Assembly: GCA_018432615.1 (NCBI GenBank)
Contig: JAHDSQ010000002.1
Coordinates: forward strand, 31,054-95,053
DNA length: 64,000 bases
DNA from: Clostridia bacterium
GTDB lineage: Bacteria > Bacillota > Peptococcia > DRI-13 > SM3-B62
Direction: 5' to 3'
Under the pieces are notes generated by a model. The model worked only from the letters and a program-made list of their open reading frames with translations, was not told the DNA's origin and searched no databases. The translations under genes were made by a program, and so were the position numbers. This document shows positions 27,674 to 36,083 of this stretch, in pieces (the first letter of the stretch is position 1; each line of letters opens with the position of its first letter).

Positions 27674-28414
27674 TCATTTACCGTTTTTCCCTATAGCCAA
27701 AATCTTTTCGGCTCCCTCTTTCGTTAAAACATATGACGAGTATTCAGCCGGAAGCTGCTCCTTAAGCTGTTTCGTACCGACTTTCACGATCTTCGTGATT
27801 TCAGCTACCCTTTTGCCCATAATCCTGGCATTTTTCACTGCTGTCTCGTCGTATTCAGCAATTTTACCCGGTTCATAAACCCTATTCCCCTTAAACGAAC
27901 CTACTACTCCGGGAACGGTAAGAAATTCTGCGGGAACAACCAGACAATTCATTAGAAGAAGATGGTTAACAAGGTACTGGGCCGTATATTCCTGCCCACC
28001 AAAAGTTGCCATGCCCTGGGTTATCACGCCTCCAACCTTGCCAAACCAGCCCGAATCGATAGCAGAAGTAGCTCGCAAAGACCATATTCCCTCTCCCAAC
28101 CGATCCAACACATTCTTTAATACCCCGGTGATTGAAAGATGATAAACAGGACTGCCGATAATAATGCCGTCGGCCTGCAACCATTTTTCATAGATTTCTC
28201 CCAAACAATCCTTATCTTTAAAGATACACAGACTTTTCTTTTCCACGCACTTATAACAACCGATACAAGGAAGTACCCTTTTTCCGGCCAGCGTTATTAT
28301 TTCCGTTTCGATATCCCCTGTTACCCGTGCTGCTTCCAAAGCCTGATTAACAAGCACCTCCGTGCTGCTCTTGTGCCTGGGGCTGCCAACAATACCAAGA
28401 ATTCTGCAACTCAT
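27674..28414 (-). CDS. iron-sulfur flavoprotein / NADPH-dependent FMN reductase family
   Basis: The start at 28414 has an AAGGAGGA RBS. ILGIVGSPRHKSS, Cys cluster CIGCYKCVEKKSLC, and GSPVYHLSITG flavodoxin-like motif. Confidence 0.75.
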   Translation of the reverse strand: MSCRILGIVGSPRHKSSTEVLVNQALEAARVTGDIETEIITLAGKRVLPCIGCYKCVEKKSLCIFKDKDCLGEIYEKWLQADGIIIGSPVYHLSITGVLKNVLDRLGEGIWSLRATSAIDSGWFGKVGGVITQGMATFGGQEYTAQYLVNHLLLMNCLVVPAEFLTVPGVVGSFKGNRVYEPGKIAEYDETAVKNARIMGKRVAEITKIVKVGTKQLKEQLPAEYSSYVLTKEGAEKILAIGKNGK

Positions 28415-28467
28415 CTCAGGCTTTCCTCCTTTCCGGTAATTCAATATCTGTTCCGTTAGTAATTTGG

Positions 28468-28503
28468 ATTAAAAGGGGTAGATCCGGCTATTACTACCCC
28501 TTT
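28468..28503 (-). terminator. intrinsic terminator after the symporter gene
   Basis: Minus strand: AAGGGGTAG - 12-nt loop - CTACCCCTT followed by TTAATCC, so with the stem-closing TT the U-stretch reads TTTTAATCC. Confidence 0.6.
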
Positions 28504-28520
28504 CACTTTTTATAGGCTAT

Positions 28521-29984
28521 TTAACCCTTAATTACCTCTGACAACATTTTCTTTGACTTTTTGTCGAACAATTCATTCAAGAATTCATCCGGCAGTTTGG
28601 CAGTAAAGGAACTAACAATTGGAATAGTTAATCCCGCCACCAACAACGAGGGGAAAAGCGGGTGAATATGGAAAGGCTGCCCCATCTGCTGCCAAATGAC
28701 GGCTGTCAGCGGTCCCAAAATCATGCTGGCAAAAACCCCATTTGTTGTTGTGCCTTTCCAGTACAGCCCATACAGGAAGGGGAACATGTAAGTCGCAGCC
28801 CATACCGCCCATACAAAGGCCATCAAAAAGAGGAACCAACTGGGAGGATACAGAGCCCAGATAGTACCAATAGCCCCCAGTACTAAGGCAAGAATTCCAC
28901 TTAGGCTTTTGACCTTGTCATCCGTAGCTTCTTTATTAATGAATTTTTGGTAAATATCCCGTGATATTGCCGATGAGGCCATAATCAAGACAGAATCGGC
29001 AGTTGACATGGCTGCCGCAGCCATCGCTGTCACCAATATCGCCGCAAAGACAGGATTCAAGACCGTAATTATCAGGGTAGGCATGGCCAAATCACTTGTA
29101 GCCATTTCTGTGGGTAAAATCGCTTTGGCCACCATACCACAATGGAAGGCAATATAGCAGGCCACTAAGGAAACGAAGAAACTTACTAAGGCGATCGTGG
29201 GTATATCCTTCTTGCTCCTAATAAACATAGTTCTGTAAAGTATTTGCGGCTGTCCAAGCATCCCCAACGAGAACACAAGTACCATGCCAAGCAATATTCC
29301 CATTTGAAAATTCCCTGGTGTGTTTGTAAGCTGGGGCGAAATTTCCCCCAGTTTCAGGTAAAGTTCGGACAAACCTCCGACTCGGCTAAGGGCGATCGGG
29401 AAGAGAATCAAAACCCCGCCTGTCATCAGCCAACCTTGCAAAACATCCGTTTGGGCCACTGCCAACTGCCCGCCATAGAAGGTGTAAAACGCAGCCAGTG
29501 CACCGCTAACAACTACCGCAAGCCAATACGGAATATCCATAGCCTGGGAGACAACAAGTCCCAAACTGCGGTAAATGACAATCAGGTTCCCAACACAGAA
29601 CACAAAGAGAATTATGGCGGCCCATCCCCTGATTTTATCGGATTTATAGCGTGCTCCCAGGAACTCACTTACTGTTAACGAACCCAGTTTTTTTCTCATA
29701 TCATACATCGGGGCTGAAAACAGCAAAAACATCACTGCAAGCCCAAATGCCTGGGGAACTGCAAACCAAAGTGCGGAAGCACCGTATTGATAACCGAAAC
29801 CCGCACCTACAACCAGCGTTGAAGTACTAAAAGCCGTAGCAAAACCTGTCAACGCTATTGTCCATGGTCCCATTTCCGGACACAAATAGTCCTTAAGGGT
29901 AGAGCCTTGACTACGTGCTTTATTGGCGATCCAACAGCAAGCAGCCACGTAGATAAGAATAACAACGATTTGAAGAGTCCTCAT
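28521..29984 (-). CDS. sodium:solute symporter (SSS) family transporter
   Basis: 487 aa polytopic protein with SSS-like N-terminal region. Its start overlaps the stop of a small upstream ORF (ATGA). Confidence 0.8.
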   Translation of the reverse strand: MRTLQIVVILIYVAACCWIANKARSQGSTLKDYLCPEMGPWTIALTGFATAFSTSTLVVGAGFGYQYGASALWFAVPQAFGLAVMFLLFSAPMYDMRKKLGSLTVSEFLGARYKSDKIRGWAAIILFVFCVGNLIVIYRSLGLVVSQAMDIPYWLAVVVSGALAAFYTFYGGQLAVAQTDVLQGWLMTGGVLILFPIALSRVGGLSELYLKLGEISPQLTNTPGNFQMGILLGMVLVFSLGMLGQPQILYRTMFIRSKKDIPTIALVSFFVSLVACYIAFHCGMVAKAILPTEMATSDLAMPTLIITVLNPVFAAILVTAMAAAAMSTADSVLIMASSAISRDIYQKFINKEATDDKVKSLSGILALVLGAIGTIWALYPPSWFLFLMAFVWAVWAATYMFPFLYGLYWKGTTTNGVFASMILGPLTAVIWQQMGQPFHIHPLFPSLLVAGLTIPIVSSFTAKLPDEFLNELFDKKSKKMLSEVIKG

Positions 29985-30112
29985 TCTGTATCATCTCCTT
30001 CCCCTGTGAAATTTTGTTTAAGCTTATAGGCCCATACACACACAATAACCGTTTCTAAAACCATCAAAGGATAGATCAACCAACTGTTCCATGGAAGATT
30101 CATTGGACCCAC
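29981..30112 (-). CDS. small single-TM accessory protein of the symporter
   Basis: Below the track cut-off. GGGGGAGAA RBS followed by GTG (30112), or ATG at 30103. Product (M)GPMNLPWNSWLIYPLMVLETVIVCVWAYKLKQNFTGEGDDTE. Its stop overlaps the transporter ATG. Confidence 0.6.
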   Translation of the reverse strand: MGPMNLPWNSWLIYPLMVLETVIVCVWAYKLKQNFTGEGDDTE

Positions 30113-30205
30113 ATTGTTCTCCCCCTTTTTTATTTAGAATTCAATCAAAGCCTGCCATATTACAATTAGAATTAGCCTTTACATCTCCCCCTTTGTGCTT
30201 TTTTC

Positions 30206-30229
30206 TGATATGTTTCCGGAAACATATCA
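30206..30229. promoter_or_regulatory. 24-bp perfect palindrome (candidate operator)
   Basis: TGATATGTTTCC|GGAAACATATCA. It lies about 95 bp upstream of the accessory-ORF start, within the long A+T-rich region downstream of the DeoR gene. Confidence 0.5.
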
Positions 30230-30370
30230 AGTGCAGATAATTCTCCTGCAGAAGAAGTTGATTATAAAACATTCATTTGCGTCCTTAACCATTCGCAGTA
30301 TAGTTTTAGCAGTTTTTGTGTCTTTGTTTTCGTTTTATACCTGTTTTATGATAGTTTCTTGTGTATTTAT

Positions 30371-30399
30371 ATTCTACACGCCTCTACAATATCCTGCAA
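30371..30399 (-). promoter_or_regulatory. sigma-A-type promoter candidate
   Basis: Minus strand: TTGCAG - 17 nt - TAGAAT. This implies a leader of about 250 nt before the accessory ORF. Confidence 0.4.
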
Positions 30400-30443
30400 A
30401 AAAAATAACATTTTTATATTTTTTTTATATATAAAATCCCATA

Positions 30444-30486
30444 TAAAAAAGCTGTTTTCATGACTGTCAGCCAATGAAAACAGCTA
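30444..30486 (-). terminator. intrinsic terminator after the DeoR gene
   Basis: 12-bp stem AGCTGTTTTCAT/ATGAAAACAGCT followed on the minus strand by TTTTTTATAT. Confidence 0.75.
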
Positions 30487-30531
30487 CCTGTTTTAGCGAA
30501 TTTCTTCTTGTTAAAATATAGCAAAGTTATT

Positions 30532-31338
30532 TTACTTCCCATCATCTTCTTCTGCAGGCCCTGTATATCCTTCGATTTTCGCCACAATGATATTTGTTCC
30601 CGTCTTTTCAAAATCATTAATCAACTCTGAGGGAACTTTGCAGTCCGTTACAATTGTATCGATTCTATCAAGTTCATAAACATTAATAAAGGCTTTTTCA
30701 CCGAATTTAGTATGATCGCAAACAGCAATAACCTGTTTTGCCGCTTCAATCATAATTCTGCGAGCTTCAGCCTCTTGAATGTTATAATCGGTGATACCGT
30801 CCTCAACGGTTATTCCCCCTACTCCAATAAAGGTCTTATCAACATTGAACTGCTTTAAGCAGTACTTAGTTAAAAAACCTGAAGTGGCAAGCTCTTCTTT
30901 TCGAATCTGTCCGCCTAGCATAAAGACATTTATTTCTTGAAGATTGCTTAGTTCAATAGCAATTTTTATTGAATTTGTAAGTACTGTCAAGTTGTTCTTG
31001 CCCCTAAGGTTTCTGGCAACCTCCAGCGTAGTTGTTCCCAAATCAAAAATCACCGTATCTCCGTCTCTTATTAATTCGGCTGCCTTTTTCCCAATCTCTC
31101 TTTTTTCCGCTTGATTACGTGCTTCTCTGGAAGGGTAATTAACCTCTACTCCTGTCTTCTTAACCAGTGCGGCTCCACCATAAATCCGTTCCAGTTCCCC
31201 TTGTTTTTCCAAATACTCCAGATCCCTGCGTACAGTTTCAATTGAAACATTGAACCTTTCAGCAAGTTCCACAACTTTTACAACCTTTTTCTTATGTAAA
31301 AGGTTAATAATTATTTCGTACCTTTCATGTGCAAACAT
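30532..31338 (-). CDS. DeoR/GlpR-family transcriptional regulator
   Basis: N-terminal wHTH (ERYEIIINLLHKKKVVKVVELAERFNVSIETVRRDLEYLEKQG) plus a DeoR C-terminal sensor domain. Confidence 0.85.
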   Translation of the reverse strand: MFAHERYEIIINLLHKKKVVKVVELAERFNVSIETVRRDLEYLEKQGELERIYGGAALVKKTGVEVNYPSREARNQAEKREIGKKAAELIRDGDTVIFDLGTTTLEVARNLRGKNNLTVLTNSIKIAIELSNLQEINVFMLGGQIRKEELATSGFLTKYCLKQFNVDKTFIGVGGITVEDGITDYNIQEAEARRIMIEAAKQVIAVCDHTKFGEKAFINVYELDRIDTIVTDCKVPSELINDFEKTGTNIIVAKIEGYTGPAEEDDGK

Positions 31339-31462
31339 CTTTTACCTCCAAAATTTTCTTTAAAGTTGATTATATCATCAATTCGACATAATGTGTATAC
31401 CTTTCCACACTTTTCAACATAAATAAGGCAAACTTAAGTAGGGCAAAGACATACTGCACACC

Positions 31463-31504
31463 ATATAATAACCCCTAGCGAAACTAAACTAGGGGTTATT
31501 ATAT
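31463..31504. terminator. 16-bp perfect hairpin after the MCP gene (terminator-like, poor U-tract)
   Basis: ATATAATAACCCCTAG - 10 nt - CTAGGGGTTATTATAT. Confidence 0.45.
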
Positions 31505-31509
31505 GGTAT

Positions 31510-32277
31510 TTATAGACGTTTGGTAAACTCCTGAATCTCATGCAATTGCTTTCCCATATCCTCCGTAGCCCCGGCTATTTCCTGGGTGGCGGCAGCTTGT
31601 TCTTCACTAACTGCGCTTATTTCTTGGGATTCTTTGCTAATATTGTCAATAGAACTTACTACTTCACTAAGTATGGTCGTTACCTGCTTTGCCGATAAAT
31701 TGCTTTCTTCAGATAAGCGACGTATTTCTTCAGCCACAACTGCAAAACCGCGGCCGTGTTCACCGGCTCTAGCTGCTTCTATGGCGGCATTAAGCCCTAA
31801 CATTTTAGTCTGATCGGCCACATGACGAATCATCTGTACAATATCATCCGTTTTGTGGATGTTCTCTCCGGCCTCATAGGAAAGACGTGATAAACGTTCA
31901 CCCACTTCCGCTAGATTTTGTGAGCCTTTGGCAATTTCTTGAATGCTGCTGTCAACTTCGTTAAAGGATTTATCAAAAACCTGCATTATTCCCTGGAGAC
32001 GATATTGGTCGTGCAGACTGCTGCCAATACCTACAACGCCTATGATATTCCCTTCTTCATCAAAAAACGGCTCTACAATACATTTATAAGGATTCTTATA
32101 TTGATCTGCCCCCACTGTTTTTTCAATCCGTTTACGAGACATCAGCACCTGCTCCAAAATTCCCCCTTTGGGAATAGGGGCACCTGATTCTTCCTTGATA
32201 TCAAGTATTTCCCCCGGTTGAAAGACCAGTATTTTTTCAGCATCTGCAACACCCACAAAGATATCGGCATAGAGCAT
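31510..32277 (-). CDS. soluble methyl-accepting chemotaxis protein (small N-terminal sensor plus MA signalling domain)
   Basis: Signalling hairpin core [32 protein letters not shown] and no TM segment. The true start is probably about 20 codons upstream at a non-ATG codon (see findings). Confidence 0.8.
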   Translation of the reverse strand: MLYADIFVGVADAEKILVFQPGEILDIKEESGAPIPKGGILEQVLMSRKRIEKTVGADQYKNPYKCIVEPFFDEEGNIIGVVGIGSSLHDQYRLQGIMQVFDKSFNEVDSSIQEIAKGSQNLAEVGERLSRLSYEAGENIHKTDDIVQMIRHVADQTKMLGLNAAIEAARAGEHGRGFAVVAEEIRRLSEESNLSAKQVTTILSEVVSSIDNISKESQEISAVSEEQAAATQEIAGATEDMGKQLHEIQEFTKRL

Positions 32278-32365
32278 TTTATTGAGATGCGGGGCTATTT
32301 TTGCAAACGCATCTAATAATTCTTTCCCAATAAATATATCGCTTCACCTCTTTTATGGAATTTGA

Positions 32366-34666
32366 TTAACATGTTCCTCTTCGTTTTAACTCTTTTAATA
32401 TTTTCTCCGGTTTTACCGGAAGTTCTTTAATTAGCACACCGGTAGCTTGATAAACCGCATTAGCCAGGGCTGCTTGGGTGGGAACTAATCCACTTTCTCC
32501 AATGCCTTTTACACCATAGGGACCTAAATCATTACTCTCAATAAAGTCCAGTACCATTTCCGGCATGTCTTCCGCACGCGGCACCTTATAGTCAACAAAA
32601 GAGTCTGTCAGAACCTTACCTTCATCAATAACATATTCTTCTGTATAAGCATAACCTAATCCCTGAGCAAGAGCCCCGTGGATTTGTCCTTCGGCTAGAA
32701 GCGGATTAATCGTACGTCCGCTATCGGTTACCGCTGTTATCTTCAGGATTTCGACCTTCCCGGTTTTTTGGTCAACCTCGACTTCAATTGCCTGGCACCC
32801 AAAAGCATAGGTAGGAATATATGTGGCAAAGGCTTTTGTCCTGCCTCCTTCCGGTGCTGTTTCGTCGGCATAGAGTCCATACCCGGAAATCAAAGTACCC
32901 TTTTGTGTCACTACATACTTGGCGACGTCCCTTGTGCTAACCTTAGGATCATCCGGCTTATTCTTCATGAATACCATTCCATCAGCGGCATCCAATTCTT
33001 CCTCTTTGCAATCCAGCATTGTGGCAGCCACGGAAAGCATTTCCTTCTTCGCATCCCGGGCAGCTGCCAAAGCGGCATGTCCGTCAATAAAGGTCTGTCT
33101 GCTACCAAAAGCTCCGGGATCAAAAGGAATAATTTCCGTATCCGCATTGATTATTCTTACATCCTCCATCTTTACTCCCATTCCCTCGGCGACAATCTGA
33201 GCCATCGCTGTTGTACCGCCTTGTCCCAGTTCCACAATGGGAGTTATTAACGAAACAATTCCGTCTTCGCTTATTTTTATGTATGCTTCACCGGCTAAAA
33301 ATCCTCCGTTGCGGGTACTGCAGCCGGTATGAGTCATCATAGCCATTCCAATTCCCCGCTGGAATCTCTTGTTTTTATCCTGTTTATCATACAACTTCCT
33401 TTTTTCCGCCCAGCCGGAAAGTCTCGCCGTCTCTTCAATACATTCTTTAAAAGGACAGGTGTTGATAAATGCCTTAGTTGCCTTTGTATACCCTGTCTTA
33501 TTTGCATTCAATAGACGAATCTCCATCGGATCCAGACCAAGCTTGGCCGCAATCTGATCAAGATGGGCCTCAAAAGCAAAACCGATCTGCTGGTTCCCGA
33601 ACCCACGATATGCAGTGCTGGGTTGATTATTAGTGTATACTAGGCAACCTTGGTATTTTACATTAGGAGCATCATACAACACAGAATAAACAACCCCGGC
33701 AAATCTTACCATATTAAAACCCTGATCGGAATAAGCTCCATTATCCAGAATCACTCGCGCTTGTTTAGCCAAAATTTTGCCTTCCTTAGTTACCCCGGTT
33801 TTTAGATGCACTTTAAACTCATAACTCGTTCTGGAATTAAAGAACTCTTCCTCCCTGGTATTTACCAGTTTCACAGGACGCCCGGTGAATTTTGATAAAT
33901 AAGCGGCAATAGGAACATTAGTATCCATCATGACCTTTTGCCCGAAGGCTCCGCCGGCGGCCGTATCTATCACGCGCACCTTTGCTTTATCAACACCCAG
34001 CGCCTCAGCCAGCTGTGTCCGTGTAAAATGCGGGCCTTGTGTCGGCGCCCAAACTGTGTAACTGCCTCCTGCCGCATATTGCGCGATACAACCTCTTGTT
34101 TCCATGCAGCAGTGGGCTTGTCGGCTTGAAACAAAATAGTCCTCGAAAATATGGTCGGATTCGGCAAATCCTTTTTCAATATCTCCAAATTCCTTGTCAA
34201 GTTCACCAACAATATTACTGCCTTTATCTTCATGAACAAGAGGCGCATTGCTCTCCATGGCTTTAACAGTATCAAAAGTACCCGGCAAAGGCTCATATTC
34301 AACCTCAATCAGACTTAACGCCTCTTGAGCAATCTCTACAGAATCAGCAGCCACCGCAGCTATCTCATCCCCAATATATCTGACCTTTTTGCTGCATAAA
34401 ATCTCTTCATCAACCGAATCCGGGCTGTAGCAGTATACCCTAGGGGGGAGATCTGCAGCAGTGATTACAGCTCTTACTCCCGGCAGTTTGCGGGCTTTTG
34501 AAACATCAATTTTACTAATACGGGCATGCACCTGGGTGCTGCGAAATACTTTACCGTATAACATTCCCTGCATCTTCATATCCTGCAGCATTTTATTCTG
34601 CCCGGTTACCTTTGAAAGAGCATTTATCGAAGGTATATATTTCCCCACTACCGTCATTTCACTCAC
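32366..34666 (-). CDS. xanthine dehydrogenase-family molybdopterin-binding large subunit
   Basis: 766 aa with the aldehyde oxidase/xanthine dehydrogenase a/b-hammerhead and MoCo-binding domains. Confidence 0.85.
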   Translation of the reverse strand: MSEMTVVGKYIPSINALSKVTGQNKMLQDMKMQGMLYGKVFRSTQVHARISKIDVSKARKLPGVRAVITAADLPPRVYCYSPDSVDEEILCSKKVRYIGDEIAAVAADSVEIAQEALSLIEVEYEPLPGTFDTVKAMESNAPLVHEDKGSNIVGELDKEFGDIEKGFAESDHIFEDYFVSSRQAHCCMETRGCIAQYAAGGSYTVWAPTQGPHFTRTQLAEALGVDKAKVRVIDTAAGGAFGQKVMMDTNVPIAAYLSKFTGRPVKLVNTREEEFFNSRTSYEFKVHLKTGVTKEGKILAKQARVILDNGAYSDQGFNMVRFAGVVYSVLYDAPNVKYQGCLVYTNNQPSTAYRGFGNQQIGFAFEAHLDQIAAKLGLDPMEIRLLNANKTGYTKATKAFINTCPFKECIEETARLSGWAEKRKLYDKQDKNKRFQRGIGMAMMTHTGCSTRNGGFLAGEAYIKISEDGIVSLITPIVELGQGGTTAMAQIVAEGMGVKMEDVRIINADTEIIPFDPGAFGSRQTFIDGHAALAAARDAKKEMLSVAATMLDCKEEELDAADGMVFMKNKPDDPKVSTRDVAKYVVTQKGTLISGYGLYADETAPEGGRTKAFATYIPTYAFGCQAIEVEVDQKTGKVEILKITAVTDSGRTINPLLAEGQIHGALAQGLGYAYTEEYVIDEGKVLTDSFVDYKVPRAEDMPEMVLDFIESNDLGPYGVKGIGESGLVPTQAALANAVYQATGVLIKELPVKPEKILKELKRRGTC

Positions 34667-35151
34667 TTTTCATCCCCCCTCATTGTACTGGCCGCATCCA
34701 TAATGGCTTCCTCAATCTTTTGGTAACCGGTACACCGGCAGATATTCCCCCTGATGGCTTTTTTAACCTCTTCGGAGGTCGGATCGTTATTTCTATCAAG
34801 CAAAGCCTTGGCCGATAATATCATACCGGGGGTACAATAGCCGCATTGCACAGCGCCTTTTTCAATGAACGACTTCTGAATGGGATGCAACTCTTCTCCC
34901 TTGCTTAAACCTTCTATAGTCGTAATCTCACTTCCGTCCGCTTCTACTGCTAAAACCATACAAGAATTAACCGGGACACCATTCATCATAACTGTACACG
35001 CGCCACATTCTCCGCTGCGGCATCCATCCTTTGTGCCTGTAAGATCTAATTTTTCTCTGATTAGATCAAGTAGGACTGTTTCCGATTGGACATCAATCTC
35101 ATAGCTTTCACCATTTACTTTTAACGAAATTGTATGTTTCAAGCAAATCAC
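34663..35151 (-). CDS. (2Fe-2S)-binding small subunit of the molybdenum hydroxylase
   Basis: CRSGECGACTV and CGYCTPG / CRCTGY motifs. 4-nt overlap with the large subunit. Confidence 0.85.
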   Translation of the reverse strand: MICLKHTISLKVNGESYEIDVQSETVLLDLIREKLDLTGTKDGCRSGECGACTVMMNGVPVNSCMVLAVEADGSEITTIEGLSKGEELHPIQKSFIEKGAVQCGYCTPGMILSAKALLDRNNDPTSEEVKKAIRGNICRCTGYQKIEEAIMDAASTMRGDEK

Positions 35152-35157
35152 CTCCCC

Positions 35158-36054
35158 TTATTTCTTTATAGACTGTAAAGCCCTTTTATAAGCTATCTCA
35201 ATAGCCTGTGCAGTCAAAGATTTAACAACATCCTGACGATACCACGAACTTGCCCTTACATTATCAATAGGTCTTACCTCTTTTTCGACCAATGTTACTG
35301 CTTTTGCTGTCAAATCCGCGGCTTTTTCTATATTCGTCTCATTAATTCTCGCTCCAACAAGCTCATCCGAAGCCTGCGTGACAATGACAGGAGTGGGAGA
35401 AACCGCCCCTAAGACGATTTTGGCCGCCGCACATGTGTCTTCGTCTTGCAAGGTAAGAAAAACCGCTACGCCGGCTAAAGCAAGATCCATAGCATTTCTT
35501 TTCATTTTGAGATAAACCGCTCCGCTTTTTTTCGAAAACGGCGGAAGCTGAATGTCCGTAAGAATTTCATTTTCTGATAGAACGGTTTTGCCCGGACTCA
35601 AGAAAAATGTTTCCAGCTTTAGTTCTCTCTCACCATCTAAGGCCACCGCTTTAGCCTTTGCACCCAGTGCCAGCAATATTGGTGCCAGATCAGACGTGGA
35701 GGATGCGTTGCAAATATTCCCACCAACGGTCGCACGGTTACGGATTTGCACCGAGCCCATATCATCCAATATTTCAGTTAAAAAAGAATAATTGCGACAG
35801 ATGTATTCTGAATCAAGAAGGGAATTAAGAGTGGATAAAGCCCCTATACTAATTCCTCCGTCTTTCGATACACTGACGCCCTCCAAACCTAACCCTTTCA
35901 GGTCCACCAGGTATTCAGGAGATATTTTCCCCTTGCGCCACCGGACCAACAAATCAGTTCCTCCTGCTAAAGGTTTTGCTTTAGATCCTTTATCTGCAAG
36001 TATTGTACAGGCTTCTTTAATACCCGCAGGCTTCAGATAGTCAAATCTGTTCAC
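35158..36054 (-). CDS. FAD-binding (CoxM/XdhB-type) medium subunit of the molybdenum hydroxylase
   Basis: 298 aa. AGGTDLLV and ATVGGNICNASSTSD motifs of the FAD_binding_5 / CO-dehydrogenase flavoprotein fold. Confidence 0.8.
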   Translation of the reverse strand: MNRFDYLKPAGIKEACTILADKGSKAKPLAGGTDLLVRWRKGKISPEYLVDLKGLGLEGVSVSKDGGISIGALSTLNSLLDSEYICRNYSFLTEILDDMGSVQIRNRATVGGNICNASSTSDLAPILLALGAKAKAVALDGERELKLETFFLSPGKTVLSENEILTDIQLPPFSKKSGAVYLKMKRNAMDLALAGVAVFLTLQDEDTCAAAKIVLGAVSPTPVIVTQASDELVGARINETNIEKAADLTAKAVTLVEKEVRPIDNVRASSWYRQDVVKSLTAQAIEIAYKRALQSIKK

Positions 36055-36083
36055 TTACAACACACTCCTCCTTTTGTTTTTTG

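Noticed and set aside
30195-30434. 79-aa plus-strand ORF in the A+T-rich intergenic region
   Set aside because: It is a low-complexity, Phe/Ile-rich translation of A+T-rich DNA. It has no RBS and lies opposite to all neighbours, overlapping the likely promoter and leader of the transporter unit.
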